Shown piece after piece: positions 59,526-64,000 of a DNA stretch of 64,000 bases. Source of the stretch: an uncultured Gemmatimonadaceae bacterium (GTDB taxonomy: Bacteria > Gemmatimonadota > Gemmatimonadetes > Gemmatimonadales > Gemmatimonadaceae); assembly GCA_963829055.1 (NCBI GenBank), contig CAWHHI010000020.1:640001-704000 (forward strand), in the 5' to 3' direction. Position 1 is the stretch's first letter. Each line of letters opens with the position of its first letter. The notes below the pieces were generated by a model, which searched no databases, was not told the DNA's origin, and was given only the letters and a program-made list of their open reading frames with translations. The position numbers were made by a program, and so were the translations under genes.

Positions 59526-61625
59526 TCATCCTGTCCTGACCAGCCCGAGTTGTGCGACGCTCTGCAGCAGCGCGAGCACCGCCTCGGGCCTAACGACGCC
59601 GTAGTAATAGTCACCGCCCTCGCGCGCTGTGGCAGCAACGAGACGGTAGATGTCGAGCCCAGTTCGGGTACCGTCGATGGCTTGCAGCACCTCGCGTCCG
59701 ATGTAGCCGTTCAGCGAGCTGCCCCAATCGATGCGGTCGTACTGGTCGAGCCACTCGCGCGGTGTCGCAACGCGCTTTGGACGCATGGCCGCCAGCGACG
59801 CCTCGGCCGCGCTTAGCGCCGGGCGGGCTGGAACAGCGCCACCCCCGCGTGTCCAGGCCGCATTCACGTCGCGGATCGCCTGCGCCTCACGCCTGTCCAG
59901 CTCCGCCAGCAGCGTCGGGACGTTAGGCGCGACCGCGGGCGCGATCTGACCCAGCGAGCGAATCGCGCGGCGCTCTCGGTCGGCGCCGTACCGAACCTGA
60001 TCGATGGCGGCAGCGTACGCCGTCGGTCGGTCGCCCGGTGTATCGAGCAGTTGCAGCGCAACACGCACGCTTCCGCCGAGCCGTTCCTGTCCCCGCCCCA
60101 CGACCTCCGCCGCGAGCGGCCCGAACGCACGCGCGTCCGCGGACGCCACGGTGTACGCGATGAGCGCCGCCGTCAGGGCGTTGCGGCCCAACTGCGTGCG
60201 ATCGATCTGGAACAGATCGTCGAGGTTGGAATGGATGTACGGGTCAGGATTGTTCGTGAACGTGATGGCTGGAACACCCGCGTCCAGAAACGACTGGTGG
60301 TCCGAATCTCCGAAGTACCAGACCGCCTGCGCATTGAATCGCTGGCGACTGCCGTTGTGCGCGAGGTGCGGCTTCGGGTAGAGACCGTAGCCGTTGCGGT
60401 ATTGCGTGATGTTCGAGCTGTTCGCCGCCACCATGTAGTCGACCGCCGCTTCCATCACGTCGTTCATGAAGTGAAAGCGCGATGACGGGAGCCGAGTGAC
60501 ATCCTGCGTGCGCATCACGCCAATGGCCTGATCGGCGCCCACCATGTCCTGGTTGACATTGACCCAGATGCTGTCGAGCACGCGCGGGTTCGCGGCGAAG
60601 TACTGCCGCTCGGCGTCGTTCTCGGTCGTCCACCAGAAGCGGATGTTGCGTTTCGGGCGCGGCAGCGTGCCGTCGGCGATGAGCTTCGCGAGCGCGCGGC
60701 CGATCTCGAGCATGCTCGCGCACCCGCTGGCATCGTCGTTGGCGGAGTGCTGCTCTTCCTGCAAGTGGGAGCTCAGGACGACGTCCTGCCCCGATGTCGG
60801 ATCGGTGCCGGGGATGAACGCCTCGACGAGCGGCATCCAGGGCTGCGCGTGCTCGCGAGAGCCGAGCTCCGAGCGCACCGTGGCGTGCACGCGGACGGGC
60901 GTGGCGGACGATGCCAGTTTGTTGCGGAGCGCGACGCCTTCGCGAAGCGACAGGATGAACGCGAACGTCGGATCCTTGTCGTTGATGCGACGCGTGGACA
61001 GCGTGAGCCACGGAATCTGATCCGGCTGGTCGACGCCGAAGCTCAGGAAGCCGCGCGACGGCGTGTACGGATCGGGGTACCAGACCACGCCTAACGCTCC
61101 ACGCCGCTGGACGGCCTCGGCCATCACGCCGTTCAGGTCGCCCGTCGTGAGCACGACCTTGCCGGCGACGTTCTTCGCTCGATACACACTGTCGCCGCCG
61201 GCACCGATGTCGATCAGGTCGGCCGTGACGTCCGCCGGCCGACTGCGGTCAGCGAGATGGATCCGGTTCTGGATGGCGCTCGCGATCCGTTCCGGCTGCG
61301 GACCAACGATCCACAGGTCGGAGTTGCCGGGGTTCCAGGTCTGCCGCTGCGACGGGAGCTCGATGTAGCGAACCTTGGCCAGTCCGAACTCCTTGGCCAT
61401 GCGCTCCACATAACGCGCGGCGACGCCTAGCGTGTCCGAGCCTTGCGGGCGATGGAAGCCGCTCAGCACCCGGACGTGGTCGTACGCGGCGTCGCCGGAG
61501 ATCTCGCCACTCAACATGGCGACCGCCGTCGAGTCCAGCAGCGGATAGCGCTGCGCGATCGCGGGTGTCGCCCACGCGGCGAACGTCACCACGACCGCGC
61601 CGACGCCGGCAACGCCGATCCGCAC
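59526..61625 (-). CDS. Secreted M28 family metallopeptidase with PA domain
   Basis: Signal peptide ...PAIAQ; SSHL, ANDDASGC, TENDAE, NVNQDMVG, GDSDH, YIHSNLD. Confidence 0.85.
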   Translation of the reverse strand: MRIGVAGVGAVVVTFAAWATPAIAQRYPLLDSTAVAMLSGEISGDAAYDHVRVLSGFHRPQGSDTLGVAARYVERMAKEFGLAKVRYIELPSQRQTWNPGNSDLWIVGPQPERIASAIQNRIHLADRSRPADVTADLIDIGAGGDSVYRAKNVAGKVVLTTGDLNGVMAEAVQRRGALGVVWYPDPYTPSRGFLSFGVDQPDQIPWLTLSTRRINDKDPTFAFILSLREGVALRNKLASSATPVRVHATVRSELGSREHAQPWMPLVEAFIPGTDPTSGQDVVLSSHLQEEQHSANDDASGCASMLEIGRALAKLIADGTLPRPKRNIRFWWTTENDAERQYFAANPRVLDSIWVNVNQDMVGADQAIGVMRTQDVTRLPSSRFHFMNDVMEAAVDYMVAANSSNITQYRNGYGLYPKPHLAHNGSRQRFNAQAVWYFGDSDHQSFLDAGVPAITFTNNPDPYIHSNLDDLFQIDRTQLGRNALTAALIAYTVASADARAFGPLAAEVVGRGQERLGGSVRVALQLLDTPGDRPTAYAAAIDQVRYGADRERRAIRSLGQIAPAVAPNVPTLLAELDRREAQAIRDVNAAWTRGGGAVPARPALSAAEASLAAMRPKRVATPREWLDQYDRIDWGSSLNGYIGREVLQAIDGTRTGLDIYRLVAATAREGGDYYYGVVRPEAVLALLQSVAQLGLVRTG

Positions 61626-61629
61626 CGGC

Positions 61630-62370
61630 CTAACGCCCCTGCGGGAGACGGCTGGTGACGTGACCGGAGTCGTCGAGGAACTCCAGCTGTGGCGAGCCGA
61701 GTGAGTCGACGCGCAGCACGAGCCGCGGCCGGCCCATCGGATCATACAGCCGAAGCGCCGATGCCTTGGCGCGATCGCGACCGATGAACACGCGCGGAGC
61801 GGCCATCACGACGCCATCACGAATCGGCTGCTGAAATCGGCGCAGCGCTTCGGTCTTCGTCGGACTGTCAGGCAGCTTGTTGATCGAGTCCATCTCGTTG
61901 ACGAAGTCGATGATCGGCTTGTCCGTGCGATCACTGAACGTGAGCCCCGCCTGACGATTCCCGTTCTCGTCGGAGTAGTTCAGAACGACGATCTGATCCT
62001 GATCGAACTGGTCGAACGACATGTGCGTGCTCGCGCGGTACTTCCCGTCGGGGCCGCGCTTGCCGGTGAGCGTCAGGCCGCCGTTCTCGGTGCCTTCGTC
62101 GTTGAAGAAGATGATCCCGGGCCGCGAGCCGCCCTTGTAGCCGAACGGCTTGCCTTTGTAGATCGGGCCGATGGAGCGCGGCCGGTTCGAAATGACCAGG
62201 CGCAGCTTGCCGTCGGGCTCCACGATGTTGATCCGCTCGACGTCGATCTCGCCGAACTTCTGCTTCTGTGGCTGCCGCACGAATGCGGTGATGGCCATGA
62301 GCACGATCAGCGTCGTGGAACCGATCGCGTACCGCTTGAGGAAGCGGATGTCTTTATCTCGAGTGTCCAT
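61630..62370 (-). CDS. Uncharacterised membrane-anchored beta-rich protein, paralog C
   Basis: LKRYA-TM, EIDVERINIVEPDGKLRLVISN, IGPIYKGKPFGY, GIIFFNDEGTENGGL, FDQFDQDQ, VDSLGSPQLEFLD; closely similar to 49147..49887. Confidence 0.85.
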   Translation of the reverse strand: MDTRDKDIRFLKRYAIGSTTLIVLMAITAFVRQPQKQKFGEIDVERINIVEPDGKLRLVISNRPRSIGPIYKGKPFGYKGGSRPGIIFFNDEGTENGGLTLTGKRGPDGKYRASTHMSFDQFDQDQIVVLNYSDENGNRQAGLTFSDRTDKPIIDFVNEMDSINKLPDSPTKTEALRRFQQPIRDGVVMAAPRVFIGRDRAKASALRLYDPMGRPRLVLRVDSLGSPQLEFLDDSGHVTSRLPQGR

Positions 62371-62385
62371 GTTTTTCCTGGTGGC

Positions 62386-62492
62386 TGTCATCCCGAGCGT
62401 CAGCGAGGGACCTTATGTGAAGTACTCGTGGCCCGGCCAGCTACGATGCCCTCACAGAAGGTCCCTCGTCGCTGGCGCTCCTCGGGATGACA
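62386..62492. repeat. GTCATCCCGAGC-type palindromic element
   Basis: TGTCATCCCGAG ... CTCGGGATGACA; core TGTGAAGTACTCGTGGCC...GCTACGATG...TCACAGAAGGTCCCTCG. Confidence 0.8.
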
Positions 62493-62496
62493 ACTC

Positions 62497-63735
62497 CTAG
62501 AAGTTCGGGTTGTTCGCCTTTTCCGAGAACGGCACCGGCAGACACGCCACCGGCAGGAAGTTGCCGTACTCGGGCTTGTAGAACGGGGTCCCCGCCGCCG
62601 GAACGAGTGCCGCCGCGGTCGGGTTGCGGAGGACGTCGCCGTAGTGCTTCCCCTCGAGCCAGAAGTCGCGCGCGCGCTGCTGCATCAGTTCCGCGAGCAC
62701 CGCCGCCGTCGTCGTTCCCGCAAATGGTGGCTGACTCCCCGCGGTACGACGTTCGGCAATCAGGGTGAGCGCGGGCGCCGTGTTACCGTTGATCTTGAGC
62801 TGTGCCTCGGCGGCGATGTAGCGCGCCTCGAGTCCCGACGCGATGCGGATCGGAGCCGCGAAGCTCGGAAATTTCGTCTGCCGGTAGAGTCGGTTGCGGC
62901 CGTCCTGCGCGTTGATGCCTGCGTCGACCCATGGCACGCGTGGGTCGGCCAGCAGGCGGAACGGATCGGCGACGATCTGTGTCGTCCCCGACGACGAGAT
63001 GAACACGCCGTTGCTGAGCCGACCACGCGCCTGTGGGTCGTCGACCTGCACCGTCGTCGCGACGAACGCCGCGGGAACCAGGTTGGCCGCCGTGAGCGCG
63101 TTCGCGTTGTCACCTTTCTGGAGATACGCGCGTGCGAGACCGACGCGCGCGATGTTCACGATCTTGGTCGCCTCGGCGCTGGTGATCCCGCCGGCGATCG
63201 TCGCGGCCAGCTGCAGCCTAACGATGGCGGAGTCGAGCATCTGCGCCGGCGTGAGGGCCGGGCCAACGTGCAGCACGCCCTGGCAGAAGATCTCCGCGAG
63301 CGCCTCGACGGCGAGGCCGGACCAGAGTGACGAGCGCGCCGCCGCGATGTCGGTGTTGAACGTCGGCGTGCCCTTGAGCACGGTGACGACCTGGTCGTTC
63401 GTCCCGATCGCCGTCTGCATGGGCGCCCAGAACGATCCACTCAGGTCGACGTTCGTGTCGACGATCACGTGACGCGCGATGTCGTTCGTCTCGTTTCGAA
63501 CGGCGCCGCTCCACGTCTCGTTGGAGTAGTTCGCCGTGTTGTTGATGAACGCGCCGTACGCGACGTAGAAGTTCTGTTGCCCGGAGAGCGAGAAGACGCG
63601 AGCGTCGGCGACCGGATCGATGGTCGAGGCCTGCACGACCGTCGGGTCTTTCACGTCGGTGCTGCAGCCGGCGAACGCCACCGAGGCGACCCCCGCGACC
63701 GCAACCCGGCGCATCGAGCGATGTATGGTGCGCAT
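62497..63735 (-). CDS. SusD/RagB-like outer membrane lipoprotein
   Basis: Lipobox AFAGC; ARVGLARAYL, EARYIAAEA, QRARDFWLEGKHYGDVLR, PVPFSEKANNPN. Confidence 0.85.
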   Translation of the reverse strand: MRTIHRSMRRVAVAGVASVAFAGCSTDVKDPTVVQASTIDPVADARVFSLSGQQNFYVAYGAFINNTANYSNETWSGAVRNETNDIARHVIVDTNVDLSGSFWAPMQTAIGTNDQVVTVLKGTPTFNTDIAAARSSLWSGLAVEALAEIFCQGVLHVGPALTPAQMLDSAIVRLQLAATIAGGITSAEATKIVNIARVGLARAYLQKGDNANALTAANLVPAAFVATTVQVDDPQARGRLSNGVFISSSGTTQIVADPFRLLADPRVPWVDAGINAQDGRNRLYRQTKFPSFAAPIRIASGLEARYIAAEAQLKINGNTAPALTLIAERRTAGSQPPFAGTTTAAVLAELMQQRARDFWLEGKHYGDVLRNPTAAALVPAAGTPFYKPEYGNFLPVACLPVPFSEKANNPNF

Positions 63736-63745
63736 GATCGTGACC

Positions 63746-64000
63746 TCAGAACTGGAGGTTGAGCCTGAAGATGAAGCGCCGGTTGGGCGGAGTCGTGAAC
63801 ACATCGGCCGTGAAGAGCTGATTGACGCCGGAGTTCGTCGTGCCGAGTCCCAGCACGTCCGGGTCATCGCCTTCATAGTCGGACTTCCAGAGTCCGAGGT
63901 TGCGACCGCCGACCGTGATCGATCCACCAGACACGCGCGCGGCGCGGAGCACCGACTGCGGCAGCAGGTACGTCACACTGACTTCGCGCAAACGCAGGTG
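63746..64000 (-). CDS. C-terminus of SusC/RagA-like TonB-dependent receptor (enters from the right edge)
   Basis: LREVSVTY...GGRNL..W.SDYEGDDPD...PPNRRFIFRLNLQF with terminal Phe; upstream of the SusD-like gene. Confidence 0.85.
   Translation of the reverse strand, partial: HLRLREVSVTYLLPQSVLRAARVSGGSITVGGRNLGLWKSDYEGDDPDVLGLGTTNSGVNQLFTADVFTTPPNRRFIFRLNLQF

Overview
High-GC bacterial chromosomal window with no rRNA, tRNA, CRISPR or transposase seen. Gene content (PadR + duplicated ADOP-type permeases, SusC/SusD-like pair, CarboxypepD_reg-plug protein, M56/BlaI, LytS/LytTR) suggests Gemmatimonadota; this is an inference. Many genes between about 6 and 58 kb are split by single-base indels, most likely long-read consensus errors, so many CDS below are stitched across frames and their boundaries are approximate. 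About 49 genes: polysaccharide deacetylase, qor, sahR-ahcY, a 7-gene vWA / PspA / SBP-OmpA / ABC / coiled-coil / classic AAA+ operon, PadR-permease, aminotransferases, LytS-LytTR beside MacAB-TolC, a sulfite-oxidase-like/ferredoxin reductase pair, a BlaI-M56/HEAT-HEAT locus, an aminotransferase-deacylase-TTC38-metC-aapJQM cluster, an M28 peptidase and SusD/SusC. Most striking signals: (1) a non-palindromic octamer CGTTAGGC/GCCTAACG, about 49 exact copies by manual count, on both strands and inside genes; (2) the PspA (ESCRT-III superfamily) + classic AAA+ ATPase + vWA lipoprotein + cell-wall-tethered ABC operon; (3) two HEAT-repeat proteins under a shared BlaI-type operator that both end in PWPWPWPxPRPYP; (4) several families of intergenic palindromic or MITE-like elements.
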